DNA of 63,400 bases, counting the filler, from Ministeria vibrans ATCC 50519 (lineage: Eukaryota; Protista; Filasterea): the NCBI GenBank assembly GCA_943704425.1. It is 4 parts of 4 records of this genome, joined end to end, with 100 filler letters (N's around TTAATTAATTAA, not from the genome) between each part and the next. Parts side by side here need not be neighbours in the genome. Positions count along the whole stretch, not along the records: positions 15,013 to 43,348 come from CALSCP010001049.1; positions 43,449 to 49,761 come from CALSCP010001297.1; positions 49,862 to 63,400 come from CALSCP010002505.1; 1 more part is not named here. One strand, given 5' to 3'. A model generated the notes under the pieces. That model made no database searches, was not told the origin of the DNA, and saw only the letters and a program-made list of their open reading frames with translations. Position 1 is the stretch's first letter, and the number at the start of each line of letters is the position of its first letter. Of the stretch, positions 36,566 to 49,980 are shown piece after piece. A program made the position numbers and the translations under genes.

Positions 36566-37045
36566 AATGAAAACACCAGAGAGACGGAGAGACAAAACCC
36601 CATTTGGCAAACGACGATCCATTCACTCTTCAATCGAAACCAGTGTTGAATACTGTATGAAAAAAAGATTGAATTAAGAAAAAATAAATAAGAAGAGCTG
36701 TCAAAACAAGACAATATACAAAATAAAGAGCAGCACAATACTTCCGCCGTAGACTTCAAGACGAAAATGCCCCGAAAGAAGCCCATAGACTCACTGATAC
36801 ACCCACCCATGAAAAGAATGTACGGAGGCACAAATGATTGAAATAGTTAGTGTGAACTCACTATACATAGAGTCTCAGACCAAACTCACCAAACAAAAAA
36901 CTTAAACACTTTACACTTAATATTTTTCAGCTGTTTCATCCAGCCTCGGTATCCCCCTCTGGCCGCGTGGACCGAGCGAACGCCGAGAACGTAGCTCTGA
37001 AGTGAACGCGCGAGGTCTTCGTCAGAACGCATTGGATCCGGTGCA

Positions 37046-37623
37046 ATGTCTCTCCCCGGCATTGACACAGTCTGTCACCCAGTCGGCGCGGCGTACGGCG
37101 TCATTGCCGACCACACCGTGCGAACACAGCGCGCCATCAAGACCTTTGTCAAGGACCATGAAGTACGCAGAACGAATTGAGTCTCTCATTCTCACCTGTG
37201 GGGTTTTCGCTGTCAGCGTCGCGATGAAATTGAGCAGCAGCTCAACCGAAGCGTCGAGGCCGTGTCGATTCTCAACGAGGCAAGGAGGCTACACGCGAGC
37301 GCACGCTGACTGACACGGCTCCCTTTGTTTTGCAGCGCACCATTCCGACGACGCAGGAGCATCTGTCCAAACACCTACCGCGCGCCAGCCAGCTGCTGCA
37401 GGAGTCCTCGCAGCTGCTCCAGAGCATCCTTGAGCGCGAAGGGACACACCGACAGCGCCGAAGCGAGCGTGCAGCACAGCGACAAGCCCGTCTTGCGCCC
37501 GAGAGGGAGGCGCTCGAAGCGCAGTGGAAGCTCGAGCGGGAGCGCGTCGACGAGGCCTTCGCACGCGACGCCGCAGCGATGAAGGCCGACTACGAGGCAA
37601 TGGGAGTTGTGTTTGAGTCGTGA
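37046..37623 (+). CDS. BLOC1S5: BLOC-1 subunit 5 (Muted)-like, 3 exons, second intron GC-AG
   Basis: Spliced product IADHTVRTQRAIKTFVKDHE...LNERTIPTTQEHL...RERVDEAFARDAAAMKADY parallels Muted (LLDHRPVIQGETRYFVKEFE...TNEHTLP...RAEVDEEH), compared from memory. Confidence 0.7.
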
Positions 37624-37938
37624 TGGACACGGCGGCGCAAAGGAGAGATTTTGTATTCTGTACCATATGTTTTTGTTTTGACAGTTGAGTTTAGTGTCTG
37701 TTTGTTTCTTCTTCTTGCTATTGATCCATTCGGCACAATCTACGTACCCGATCAGCTTACAAGTGTACACACCACCCAGTCCCCCATACAGTTACAAAGT
37801 AAAAGCTGACAAGGTCTCAGGAACCTCAGATCCTCTCACGATCATCCTCACTTCACTTTGAACTTTCCCCAATCGTCATAAAATATAAATAAATAATTAT
37901 CAATAATAATTTTTTTTCTTACTAGTTGTTCATTTAAC

Positions 37939-40900
37939 ATGACCAAAACACGATTCTCTTTGTTGGACGTCAACGCTGCACTGCCGCACATTCGCAAGTA
38001 GGAGACAAAAGAAGAAGACTCGACCGACGCTGAACATCCTCTCTGCACGCCACCCACGCACTGCAGGCACCTCGGCCTTCGCGTTGTCAATGTGTATGAC
38101 GTCGACAGCAAAACGTACCTCATCAAGCTGGCGCAAGCGGGCGTCAAGGCTGTGCTCTTGGTCGAAAGTGGCATCCGCATCCACACGACCACCTTTGAAT
38201 GGCCAAAGTCCCAAATGCCCAGCTCCTTCTCCATGAAGGTGCGCCATTCTCACATCTCGGTTGACCCTGCTTGGTCTCTTGAGAGCAAGCCTGTGCATAC
38301 GGCACACGAGCGAGTTTTTTCGTCATTGCATAACGTTTCCATTATATTTGTCTCTTCCGACTGTGTGTGTAGCTTCGCAAGCACCTCCGCACGCGGCGTC
38401 TGCATGCCGTGCGACAAATCAACAACGATCGGATCATCGATCTCGAGTTTGGCTCGGGCGAGGCTGCGTATCATGTGATTATCGAGCTATACGACAAGGT
38501 ACCCGAAGTGGCTCGTCGCAATATGCGCCCTTACGATGTACTATTCACTTCAGGGCAACATTGTGCTCACCGACTGGGAGTACACGATTTTGAACATTCT
38601 TCGGTCGCGCACCACCGACCAGGATGTGCGGTTCTCCGTGCGCGAGAAGTATCCCTTGTTGTTAGACGGAGACAGTGGTCGTGCGCGCCAAGACGTGACG
38701 CTTGAAACCCTCACTGCAACCCTGCAAGAAGACACCCTGAAAGGTGCCTTGGAACAACACTTTTTTTCTCTTCTCTTTCATTGTTTATGCCTGACTCGCT
38801 TCTTTATTGATGTATTTCCAAGGCGAGCTGGTGAAAAAGGTCCTTGCGAGTCGTTATTCATTCAGCGGTGCGCTCGCCGAACACACAGTGCTGCGAGCGG
38901 GACTGCGCGCCGGGGCCAAGGTGGACGCGGTAACGGGGGACGCGAACGGACTTGAGCGCCTGCTGGGTTCACTGCAAGAGGCGCAGGCAATGCTGACGGC
39001 CATGGCAGTGACGCCCGCCAAAGGGTACATTATTCAGCGCAAGCAGATGCGCGCAACCGGCCAGCAGCCCAAGAAGAAGAAGGACGAGCAAGGTGCAGCG
39101 GCGTCGAGTAGCGAAGACGCAACAGCTGCCGCAGCAGCCACTGAAGGTGACTTTTTGCTGCTTTCAGACAGCTTTGAGCCGTGTTTGTATGCGCAAGACG
39201 CGGACAAACCGCACGTTGAGTTTGAGACGTTTGACTTGGCCGTCGACGACTTTTTCTCCAAGATGGAAGGCCAAAAGCTTGACGTCAAGCAGGCGAGCCA
39301 GGTAAAAGGGATTCTTTTTACTTGCTATGGTGCAAGGAGTACTTAAATACGTTGGTGTTTGGGTAGGAACGGTCGGCGCTGAAGAAGTTGGATAAGGTGA
39401 AGAAGGACCACGCGCGACGACTGGAAGCACTGCGCACGAACCAGTTGGAGAACGAGCGAATGGGCCAGCTCATTGAGTTTAATGTGGAACTCGTAAGGAA
39501 ATGCATCAGAAGAAGAGGAAGAGCGTGAATTAGTGACACAGAAAGAAAGAAAGAAAGGGAGAGAAAGAAAGAGAGAAAGAAAGAAAGAAATATTTGAGGG
39601 TGTGTGTAAAAGATGAGAGTAAATCATTGACTTGCTTTTGTTTAATAGGTCGATCAGGCGATTTTGGTGATTCGGAGTGCGATTGCGAATCAAATGCAGT
39701 GGGATGCGATTGACGCCATGATTGAAGAGGCCAAAGCGAACCAGGATCCTGTGGCGACGTACATTGACGATGTCTCATATCCGACCAACTCCATGACATT
39801 GATGCTCAGGTAAGGGAGAGAAACAAAGTCAAACAAAGTGAAGCAGACGAGAGAGCAACAAAGAGAAAGAAAAAGAAAGAAAAAGAGAGAGAGAGAGAAA
39901 GTGAAAAGTGATAGAGCAACAAAGGGATAAAGAGAGGGAGGGAGAAAAAACAAAAGAAACGAAGTGATAGAAAAAGAACAAGAGAAACAAATTGATAGAG
40001 GCGACTCTGGATTGGTGTGAATTTGTTTCGCAAATTGTAACATATGAGATGTTTTTCCCTTCTCTCAGGGATCCTTATGAGGTGACGGAAGAGGACTTTG
40101 AAGAGGACCAGGCGCGGGAAGGAGGCGGCGAGAGTGGCTTTTACCGTGTGCCTGTTGACCTGGGGCTCTCGGCGTATGCCAACGCGACGACGCTGTACGA
40201 AAAGCGACGGGGGGCGGCGCGCAAGGAGCAGCGCACGCTGGATGCCAGTGAAATCGCGCTCAAATCGGCAGAGAAGCGTACGAAAAAGGCACTGAAGCAG
40301 GTCAACACAAAGATGGTGGTGCGTAAGTTGCGCAAAACATACTGGTTCGAGAAGTTTGTGTGGTTCATCTCGTCCGAGGGCTATCTGGTGGTGTCGGGGC
40401 GCGACATGGGCCAGAACGAGTTGCTGGTGAAGCGCTACCTGCGCAAGGACGACCTGTATGTGCACGCAGATGTGCACGGCGCGTCGAGCTGTGTGATCAA
40501 GAACCCTGGGGGCGGCGACGTCCCACCGCGCACCATTGGCGAGGCCGGTAATCTGGCCGTGTGCTTCAGCAGTGCCTGGGACGCCAAGGTGCTCTCGGGC
40601 GCTTGGTGGGTGCACGCTGACCAAGTAAGCAAGACTGCACCGTCGGGCGAGTACCTCACCACTGGTAGCTTCATGGTGCGCGGCCGCAAGAATATGATTG
40701 CTGCTCAGCCGCTCGTGCTCGGCTATGGATTTCTCTTCAAGATGGACGAAGACACGGCGGCACGTCACGCAGCGGCACAGCGCAGCATCAAGGACGAAGA
40801 CGACGAATCGACCAAGGGCAAGGGCAAGGGCCAGGAAGAAGAAGAGCTAGAAGAAGAAGAGCAGGAGCAAGAAGAAGAGGCAGAAGAAGAAGAAGAAGAT

Positions 40901-42098
40901 GCGGACATGGAATTTCCAGACACGGAGATTGGTACAGAACATTTGGCAACACCCACGCCAGGTGTTGATGTGCGCACGTCTGCTCCCGAATGGCCAGTGC
41001 CCAAAACTACCGAGACAGCCGCCGCCACGACGACAGCGAAGACCGCACAAGGCGAGGACGGTGGGAGCGACGAAGAAGACGACGACGAAGAAGGAGGAGG
41101 AGAGGATGCGATTGAAGACGGCAGCAGCAAGGAAGGCGCCGGAAGTGGTGGTTCTAAGGGACCATACCTGACGGCAAAGCAGCGACGCGACATGAAGAAG
41201 AAGAAGCAGGAAGGCGTTGCGGAGTCAGCGCCGACTGCTGGCGAGTCGAAGAGCAGGAAGAAGAAGCTGCCCGAGGAGTTGACGGAAGAGCAAAAACGAC
41301 AGCAGCAGGCGGCAATGGTGCCTCGCAAAGCCAAGAGCAAGAAGGCCAAGGCGAAGCAGAAGAAAATGGAGGAGCGGTACGACGAGGAGGAACTGGCGCT
41401 GATGCGCAAGATGCTTGGTCAACGCGCACCGCGCACGGCTGCTCCCGTCGACGAAGAGGCGGCAGCACGGGCAGCGGCTCTGGACGAGGCAGTCACAGCG
41501 ATCAGTGAGGCCGCCAAGGGCCCTAAGGGCAACAAGGGCAAGGGCAAGGCCAAGTATATTCAGCCGCGCGCTCCGCCAACGTATGGCTAACAAAAAAAAA
41601 GAGCGAGAATTTCACACTTGACACACACACACACACACACATGAATTTTTTTTTTTTTGTATCTGCACCCGTAGTGACTCTGATGCGGTTGTGGTGACAC
41701 CTTTGGAAGTGTTGACGGACGAGCAAAAGGCACAAGAGGAGCGAGAGCGAGAAGAGGTTCGAGCGCTGCGACAGGAGGAAAACATGGCCGAAGACGAAGA
41801 GGAGACGGCCACGTCGACGCTCGAGACGCTGACGGGTACGCCCGAGGCAGGCGACATGCTGCTCTACGCCGTGCCCATGTGTGCACCGCTCTCGGCCATG
41901 ATCAACTTCAAGTACCGTGTCAAGCTCATGCCGGGTCCGTCCAAGCGCGGCCAGGCAGTGCGTGCCATCATGCAGCAAATGAACCGCACGCCGGGCGCCG
42001 TGCCCCACGAGCTTGATCTCTTGCGTGCCTGTAAAGACACCGAATTGTTGCTTGCCGCTCGAGGCGACGTCAAGGTGATGCCAAGGAGCTCCAAATGA
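37939..42098 (+). CDS. NEMF: Ribosome quality control factor NEMF/Rqc2
   Basis: [83 protein letters not shown]...KYRVKLMPG. Confidence 0.95.
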
Positions 42099-42207
42099 AA
42101 ATGACGAAGAAAATCCATACGACGAAGAGCATTTTACTTCTCGTTTCTCATTTATTTTTAAAATTAATTTTAATTATTATTATATTTTATTCTTGAGTCT
42201 TGACCTG

Positions 42208-43210
42208 ATGAAACAAACACTATCATCTCTATTATGCTCTCTTCAGTCGACACTTCCGAACGAGGTTTGAAAAGAAAACAAGAAAAAAAAGAAAACGAAA
42301 AAAACAATATTATTTGACAGGTCGATTACGCGTTTGATGCGCTCTGCCGAACGAGTGCGCGCGAGTCGCTGCTCCTCGAACAGGCACATGCGGCGGAGCG
42401 TGCGGCCATTGTTGATCTGCTGTTTGCCTACACGCCGCTGCAGAGTCTCGATTCGTTCGACGATTCCGTTTCGGCCGTGTGGGCACCTTCCTCGCCAGCC
42501 CCCGACAGCATCCCCGTCGCCCTGACCCGGATTACGCAGGTTCTCGACATTATGCGCAACTGGAGCTTTGACGTGGCCAGCATCCCGGCGCTCGTCGAGA
42601 GCCGCTGTGCACTGCCCTTCCTCAGGCGCTGTCTGCAGGCCGACGTGCACCCACTGCGCCATGGTGCCGCCGACACCGTGGTGAACATCTGCAAGGTTGC
42701 ACCGCTGCGGGCCATTAGCGAGAGCACCGGCTGGATCGTGGACGGCTTTCTCATGGACTGGCTTCATGAGTCGACGGATCGCATTGAGGTGCTTGCTGCT
42801 TTGGCGCTTGTTGCTGCCATTGCCAGCAACAGTGGCAACAAGTCGTTTGTCGAAGACGAACTCGCCTCTGGTGCTCTCGAACGCATCGCCGAGTTACTGG
42901 TTGCGTCCGACACTGCCATTGTCATTGGGGCTCTCGAGGCACTCTACCAAGTGTCTCTGGTGGGCGACGCAGCGCACCGCTTCGGCTGGAAAACCTTAAG
43001 GTTCGAGCACCACTTTGAAGCCGAATTTCCCGCCCTTTAACCTGCTTTGATACTCTACACTCTCTTTTCTCTTTCCTTTGCGTCTGCAGAACACTGGAGA
43101 TTCTTTGTGACTTTGACTACACTCTGTACGAGTCGCACGTTCCGTCGACGCCTTTGAGTAACGCTTCCAATTCTGCCGAGCACGACTCTGACACCTTCAC
43201 CACAAGTGCA
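42208..43210 (+). CDS. Uncharacterised helical (ARM-like) protein, 3' end lost in the gap; boundaries approximate
   Basis: Long GC-rich open frame 42321-43000 with amphipathic helices (LVESRCALPFLRRCL, ELASGALERIAELL) between GT-AG introns. Confidence 0.5.
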
Positions 43211-43239
43211 CAATGGTAAACACAAATGCAATGACCAAG

Positions 43240-43348
<109 letters not shown>

Positions 43349-43448
43349 NNNNNNNNNNNNNNNNNNNNNNNNNNNNNNNNNNNNNNNNNNNNTTAATTAA
43401 TTAANNNNNNNNNNNNNNNNNNNNNNNNNNNNNNNNNNNNNNNNNNNN
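43349..43448. other. Assembly spacer flanked by (GA)n/(TC)n microsatellites
   Basis: N-run with TTAATTAATTAA. Confidence 0.95.
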
Positions 43449-43547
<99 letters not shown>

Positions 43548-43571
43548 TTCTTTCTTTCTTTTCTCTTTTAC

Positions 43572-44065
43572 TTGGTAGATTGCCCCCACATGTCCCCGCA
43601 GCACCGCCATAAACCTACCCACAACAAAGACCAAAAATAAGTTAGATGCACACATACACATATACGTTCTTTTTTGTGTTTTTAGCTATTACTTTCCCGT
43701 TCGTCCGTCCCACAAGCGCACGCTCTTATCAAAACTTCCACTGGCCACAATGCGACCGTCGGGCGAGTAGCAAATATGTGCCACAAGCTGTTGATGGCCC
43801 GTCATGCGCGTCACGGGCTTTTTGTCCTCGCTGGGACGCCAAAGAAACATGGTAAAGTCGTCTGAGCCACTCACGAGCCGCTCTCCGTCGCCCCGTGCGG
43901 CCTCGTAGCGAGTCCGCGCAAGGGCCACCACTGCACACATACACACAGGAGAGAGAGAGCCGTCAGCCGACACACATTTTCTTTCTTGCAATGTCCATCA
44001 CACGTACATACACACACACACAAAATGCAATGATATGTCCCACGCACAGACGCACACAATACAAA

Positions 44066-44109
<44 letters not shown>

Positions 44110-45730
44110 TAATAATAATAATAATAATAATAACAATAATAGTAATTATTATTATATCGCAAGCACAATAGTCACTCCCGTTAGTCATATTTAATCAGAC
44201 TAATTGAGTAGTTCACTTCCGCTCTTAAACTCCTCTTAAACTCGTACCGTCACCCTGTGCGGTCCCAGTGTGGTCAAAAGGACCCGTGCGCAGTGCATAG
44301 TCAGTGCTCAGTGCGAGGGTGTTGACCCAGTGAGCATGTCCGTCCAGCGATCGGCACAGAGCCCCGTCCGACGCCCGCCACACCTTCACAGTGCGGTCGT
44401 GCGACCCAGAGTAGATCAGACCCTCTCCGCCCCACCGCAGTGCCGCCACAGACGACGTGTGTCCGCCCAATGTCATCTGCAATGCACGTCCCACATTTCA
44501 CTCTTCGCTGTTTATCTCTTCCGCTCTTACCACACAGATTTTTCGTCGAATATCCCAAATCTTGATAGTGTTATCTTTGCTCGCAGATGCAAACCGTTGA
44601 CTTGTTCCTTCCGTCCTAAAAGAGTAAAAGATGTATGTATGTGTGTATGAGTGTATGAGTGAGTGAGTGTGAGAGAGAGTGTGCGTGTGCGACAGAGGGT
44701 GTGTGTGTATGTGAGTGAGAAACAAAGCGATAGAAAGCGATAGAAAGAGAGAGAGAGAATCGACTGTGAATGGTGTCAATCGTTTTGTCGTACAAGTGCA
44801 ATGGTTCCCATGAAATACAGTTGATCCAACTGCGGTGTCCCGTCAGCGGTCCACACACTGGCGTAGTGCTCTCTGGGTTCCACACAAAAATCTGGGAAAA
44901 CAGATGGTGTCAGAGAGAAAGGAAAGAAAGAAGAGAGATGGGAGTGAGATGTCTGACTTGGCAGTTCTTGTCGCCGGATGCGAGAAGTTTCCCGTCGGGA
45001 GACCATGCAATAAAAAGCACCCATGACTTGTGTGCTGTGAATCGGTGATATATATATATATATGTATAATGAAAAAAGAGTTGTGAGCAAGTGAGTGAGT
45101 GAGATCAGGCAGACGAAGTCGCACCTTTACACACGGTTCGCGGTGTTTGGGTCGTCATGTCCCAGAAGCGCACTGTGGTGTCGCCACTGCCGCTCGCCAG
45201 GTCGCTTCCTGACGGACTAAACTGTGCGCTGAGTACGGCTTCGGCGTGGCCGGGGAGAGAGGCCGTGCAGCGCGTCACAGACCGAACACGGAACACTGCT
45301 TGCACCTACGAGTCAGAGAAAAAAAAGCGTTTGACACGTTTTGACTGGGCAACGGGGTTCCTGCGGCGCCTACTTGGTAGACAATGTCGATCGTCGCCTC
45401 GGTCGAGAGGCTGTGCTTGGCAATGGCGTCCTCCAGGCTCCCGTCGACCTCCACCTCGTTGACAAAGAAGGCGAATTTCTCGTCGTCATCATGGTCGTCG
45501 TCGTCGCCCGTTTCAGCGGCCGCCGCACGCCGCAACTCGTTCAGCAGCGCCTGCAGCTGGGTTGGTGTGACGTCCACCGGAAGGTGCAGGGGGCTTCCCA
45601 GGGACTCGCCGCTCTCGTTGCGGAACTGCGTCATGACATTGGTTGTCTCGTGTCGCGTGCTGACCGGCGCATATCCCGCGAGAAGCCGAAGCCGCTTTCG
45701 GATCTCATCGGGCTCTTCGCTTGCGCTCAT
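43572..45730 (-). CDS. NLE1: Notchless/Rsa4 WD40 ribosome biogenesis factor, 3' end truncated by the gap
   Basis: NLE domain LPVDVTPTQLQALLNEL; QAVFRVRSVTRCTASLPGHAEAVL; GHAHWVNTLALSTDYALRTGPF; ERLVSGSDDFTMFLW; RMTGHQQLV. Confidence 0.95.
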
Positions 45731-45810
45731 GGTTCGATGAATTACACAGACGCGACCAGAAGAATATGAAAAATGTATTCTTTTAATTTTTATTCGCCCT
45801 TTCTTTCAGG

Positions 45811-47192
45811 TTATCTTGTGCTTTTGTTGAATTGACCAAAGAATGTTTCGTCGGGGACGTTTGTAGTGAACAATCGACGTTCGTAGCGGCGTCGTTGCGA
45901 CTGTTCGGCGGCCATTCCGTGGTTTGCATAGGCATCCTGCTCGCGACGCGCTCTACGGTCGCGCTCTTCGTTTCGCGCCAAATTCACCGCAAGTGCGTCT
46001 TGTTCGAGGCACAACCGGTCCCTCTGCTGCTTTTCAGCCTCCTCTTCCGCTGCACGACGCTCAAGGTCGCGTTGCTGTGCCTGTTGTGTACGACGCACCT
46101 GTAAAACTTCGGCGGGCGACATACCTTTGTAGTGTGTGCGCACCAGCTGGCCGGTGATGGGATTGCGTGCCTGTGCGGGATCCTCGCTGAGCAACGCACT
46201 CGTGTACGCGCTCACCACCTCGTCGCGGTTCATTTCTTGCTCTGTCTTGTGCTGCTCGGCGCACGCCAGTACCCTTTCGTCTGCAAGCAGCGCGTTGGTG
46301 CGTGCCTGTTCCACTCGCTCCCGCCGCCGCAATGCCTCCGCTTCGGCCGCAAGACGGTTCTGAAGTTCGTACTGCGCCAGCTCGCGTGCCTCCCATTGAC
46401 GGTTCCAGTCGGCTTCTTCGCGCCGCTTTCGCTCTTGTTCCTCAGCCTGTCGTGCGTTCCAGTCATTGAACTGAAGCCGCTGCAACTCCCTTCGACGCGC
46501 CACCTCCAAATCTTCCCCGGTAAACACTTGCGCTGAAGACACTCCCAGTCGCGGATCGTGGTCTGCAAGGCGAATGGGACGCTCCTGGTGGGACGAAAAT
46601 TGAAGTGCTCTCGATAGAGCGAAGGAGAATGAATCGTATTTATATAAGACTATTGTTTACCTTTTGTTTTCGTCTTGGGTCATTCAGATCGAACTCTCGT
46701 CGAGACTCAAAGGATTGAGCAACACGACGAAAGCGCTCCATTTCCTGGTGATTGGCTCGCCGTCGCTGTTCTTCTTGGCGCTGGAGGAAGACGGCAAGCT
46801 GATCTTGCTCGAGACGACGCGCGTCATACGCTCGTTCTCGCATCGCCTCGGTCTCTTGCATAGCGCGCTTCTCTTCTTGTTGTCGATGGATCCCTTGGAC
46901 ATCGATCTAAAAGAGAAGCGAGGGCGGATTATAGGTCGCGGTGGAGAATGGCGTCGCCATAGAGAATATTCACCATGGCAACGGCAAAAAAAAAAAAAAA
47001 TGTGGTGAGAACACACCCTATCGTCGAGCATACGCCATAGAGAACTAGAGGGAAAGTGGTATAGACTGTAGAATGACGTACACCAATAATGCGTTTCTTT
47101 GCATCAAAAATTCGACGTTTTCGTTCTTCTTCGAGCCTTTCGCGTCGATCTCGGTCCCGCTGAAGCGTCGGGTCGACAGGGAGGTGAAACAT
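45811..47192 (-). CDS. RIB43A flagellar protofilament ribbon protein (RIBC1/2-like)
   Basis: EEERKRRIFDAKKRIIG, RREFDLNDP, SSAQVFTGEDL, LLSEDP, YKGMS, C-terminus FFGQFNKSTR. Confidence 0.9.
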
Positions 47193-47484
47193 GGCAGCAA
47201 GCAAGGAGCAAATTAAAGCGTGCGTTACGGAAAAAAAAAAATATATGTGTGTAAGTCAATCAAAATGAACTGATACCATACCCCTTGATACCTAATAATA
47301 TACTTATCTGTGAAACAGACTAAGGGAGGGTTGCAATTAAGAGTAAAACATCTGGGCGACCAATTCCGATTGTTGCTCCTCCTGAACATGTTTCATCTTT
47401 AGTCCTGACTTTCCATCTCTATCATGACTCACACCCTCGGTGTGTGCCTCTCGCCGGTCCGCATGCGACATGCTCTGCCTTTTA

Positions 47485-48720
47485 AAATTAAATTTTCAGG
47501 TGACTTTCAGTGACACAAGCCAACATAAGACGAAATAAGACTCTCAGTCTTGGATCACAACACTGCCTATCACTAGCAGCCTTGCTGACTGAGAAGACCC
47601 AAGGCACCCGTCTCTCTCACTCCACAATCCGCACTCAGATTGTTCAGCAAGACTTCTACCAAGTTATTTTGTTCTCTCTGAAAACACTCTTTGGAAAAGA
47701 AAAACCACTCTTGAGCGTCCTTCGCCGCCTCTTTCGTCGTCTTCTTTAGCCTTTTTTGAAGACCTCTTGGGCACAGCTGTTTAACTTCCGTCGCCCAGTA
47801 GGCCGTGGTCAGTCGCACTGCTGATTGCCCTCATCAGTTCGTCTCTGTCCATGGATCTCGTCCATGCGCCAACTTTCAATTTCTCCTACTACCGTCCGTT
47901 TTGGCCCATGCGGGGGTGAAGCAGCCGCTTCGGATGGTTAGATTGTATTGTACAATGAAGCTTTTGCCCTAGGACTTCCAAAAAAATAAATCTCCTACTA
48001 CCCGCTTCAAGGCTCTTTTAGCACAGGATTCATCCTCACCGTCCAGTCCCTTGCAGCTGAGCAGGTGCTCCGTTGTCTCCACCAGGTCCTCATCGCATCT
48101 CGAGCACAAATTGCCGGTGTCGTCCTCTGCCGTCGTCGTGCCGTAGCCTCTCCTCATGTCCACTTCCTTGCACTTGAGTAGTCCCAACACTGCTCGCACT
48201 GTAAACCGCCTCCTTGCAAACAGGATGCCCTTGCACAGCTGCGCGAACCACTCCTCATCTCCATCCCTCACTGTCTCACCTTGGCGTCTCAGTGTCTTCG
48301 CGACATGCTCTGCCGCTTTTTCTTTTCGCGCCGGGTTTGCAAACCGGCTGTCCGCTTTCCCGAGGCTTTAAAGCCCCCGTCTTTTTCTTTTCAACGTAAC
48401 TTCTATCAGCAACAGACTTGTTTTGTTTTCGTTTTTAATTCAACTTTCAGGTGACTTTGTTTTGTTGCCCCTCTTTTTCACGTTTCCCCTCTCCGTGAAA
48501 CCACCTCAGAAAATTTCTCAAAAAAAAATTCTCACGCTTTCTCCAAACCAAAGTCGCGACGAACTACCCTTACGTTTCCGTGACAAGTGGCACTCTGTCC
48601 AACGACGCCTTTCTGGCCGTCATTCACCAATGCTTGAGACAACGCCGGTTTTCCTTTACCCGAGACCTCTTCGTGCCGCACGCCGGCAGAAGTTTCTTTA
48701 GGGCCACTTACAGACCCCAA
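47485..48720 (-). mobile_element. Decayed non-LTR retrotransposon 3' portion (CCHC zinc finger)
   Basis: CSRCDEDLVETTEHLLSC motif typical of LINE ORF2 C-termini; broken frame; homologous to 27540-28270 and, inverted, to 49050-49445. Confidence 0.75.
47894..47990 (+). mobile_element. 97-bp 5'-truncated retroposed copy with A-tail and 12-bp target-site duplication
   Basis: TCTCCTACTACC at 47882-47893 and 47991-48002 flanks ...gaagcagccgcttcggatgg...ggacttccaaaaaaataaa. Confidence 0.88.
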
Positions 48721-49049
48721 TAGTCACCAAAGACTTTATTAATTAAACTTTCAGATAACTTTCATTGATACAAACTCTCAGCAGTCTCAGTCGCGAAACT
48801 CGAATGAATAAAAACAATTTAGCCGTTTGAAACCCAAAGGTATGATAATTACTTATACATTTTGCGCGTTGTTACGTTCCTGTAATAATATTATAGACGT
48901 ATTTCGCCATACACATATTATTACGAACAGCATCAATTTCGAAATTAAATATGTCACGCGAAAATTGTTTATATATAAATGGTGACGTAAATTAAGACGT
49001 GTGAAAAGCGTTTCGACAACATCCGACAATCAGCGAAATGGGGCGTGTG

Positions 49050-49445
49050 TGACCACAGTTCTTTTATTTATTCAAGGTGTTCCGTGGCACCCGCCGGCGT
49101 GCGGTACGATGAGGTCGAGGGGTGCCATAAGGAACCGACTCTCTAGAGTCTTTCAGAAAAACAACGACGTCGTCTCAAGCGTCGCGGGTTGGTGAGGTGA
49201 GTCTCTGCCAGAATGCCTACAGAAGGATTAGACTACGTGTCATTTGTCACGCACGGGCAGTCCGTCGCGATATTTGTGGTGCGTTGTTTGAAGATAACGA
49301 GATTTTTCTGAGGTGGTTTCACAAAGAGAGGAAGCGTGAAAAAGAGGGGCAACAAGTGTGTCGCTGATGGCAGTGCTGATATGCACATTGAAAAGAAAAA
49401 GACGGGAATTTGAAGTCTTGGGAAAGCGGACAGCTGGTTTGAAGT
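49050..49445 (+). mobile_element. Inverted diverged copy of the old retrotransposon fragment
   Basis: Reverse complement matches 48335-48690 (ctgtccgctttccc, ccgtctttttcttttcaa, ttgcccctctttttcacg, gtgaaaccacctcagaaaa). Confidence 0.75.
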
Positions 49446-49483
49446 ATGCAAGTCTCTCGGATTTTTTTTTTGGAAGTCCTTTG

Positions 49484-49760
49484 TTTTTTTTGGAAGTCCT
49501 AGCTAGGGCGAAAGCTTCATTGTACAAGACAATCTAGCCATCCGAAGCGGCTGCTTCACCCCCGCATGGGCCGAAGCGGACATTCCGAGAGACTTGCATG
49601 CAAAGCCATTCACCCAAGCAAGTAAACCGCTCAGCAGCTGAAAACGCCTCCTGATTTTAAACTAAGCATCTCGCATGAAAAAAGGAGAAGAAAAAGGGAA
49701 GAAGGAAAATGCAAAAAGGGGAAAAGGAGAGAAAGAAAGAAAAGAAAGAAAAAGGTAACA
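49484..49760 (-). mobile_element. 3' UTR copy of the young RNase H-LINE family
   Basis: Near-identical to 27823-27950 (inverted) and similar to 29395-29590. Confidence 0.85.
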
Positions 49761-49761
49761 T

Positions 49762-49861
49762 NNNNNNNNNNNNNNNNNNNNNNNNNNNNNNNNNNNNNNN
49801 NNNNNTTAATTAATTAANNNNNNNNNNNNNNNNNNNNNNNNNNNNNNNNNNNNNNNNNNNN
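49762..49861. other. Assembly spacer
   Basis: N-run with TTAATTAATTAA. Confidence 0.95.
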
Positions 49862-49980
49862 GGGGGGGGACGAGGGTTCGGAAGGATGAATCACTGGGTG
49901 GCGTTAGCGGCGACGATGGAGCATCTGTACAGTATAATAAATATTATACAATCGCTTTTAATCTGACATTACCAAGAACA

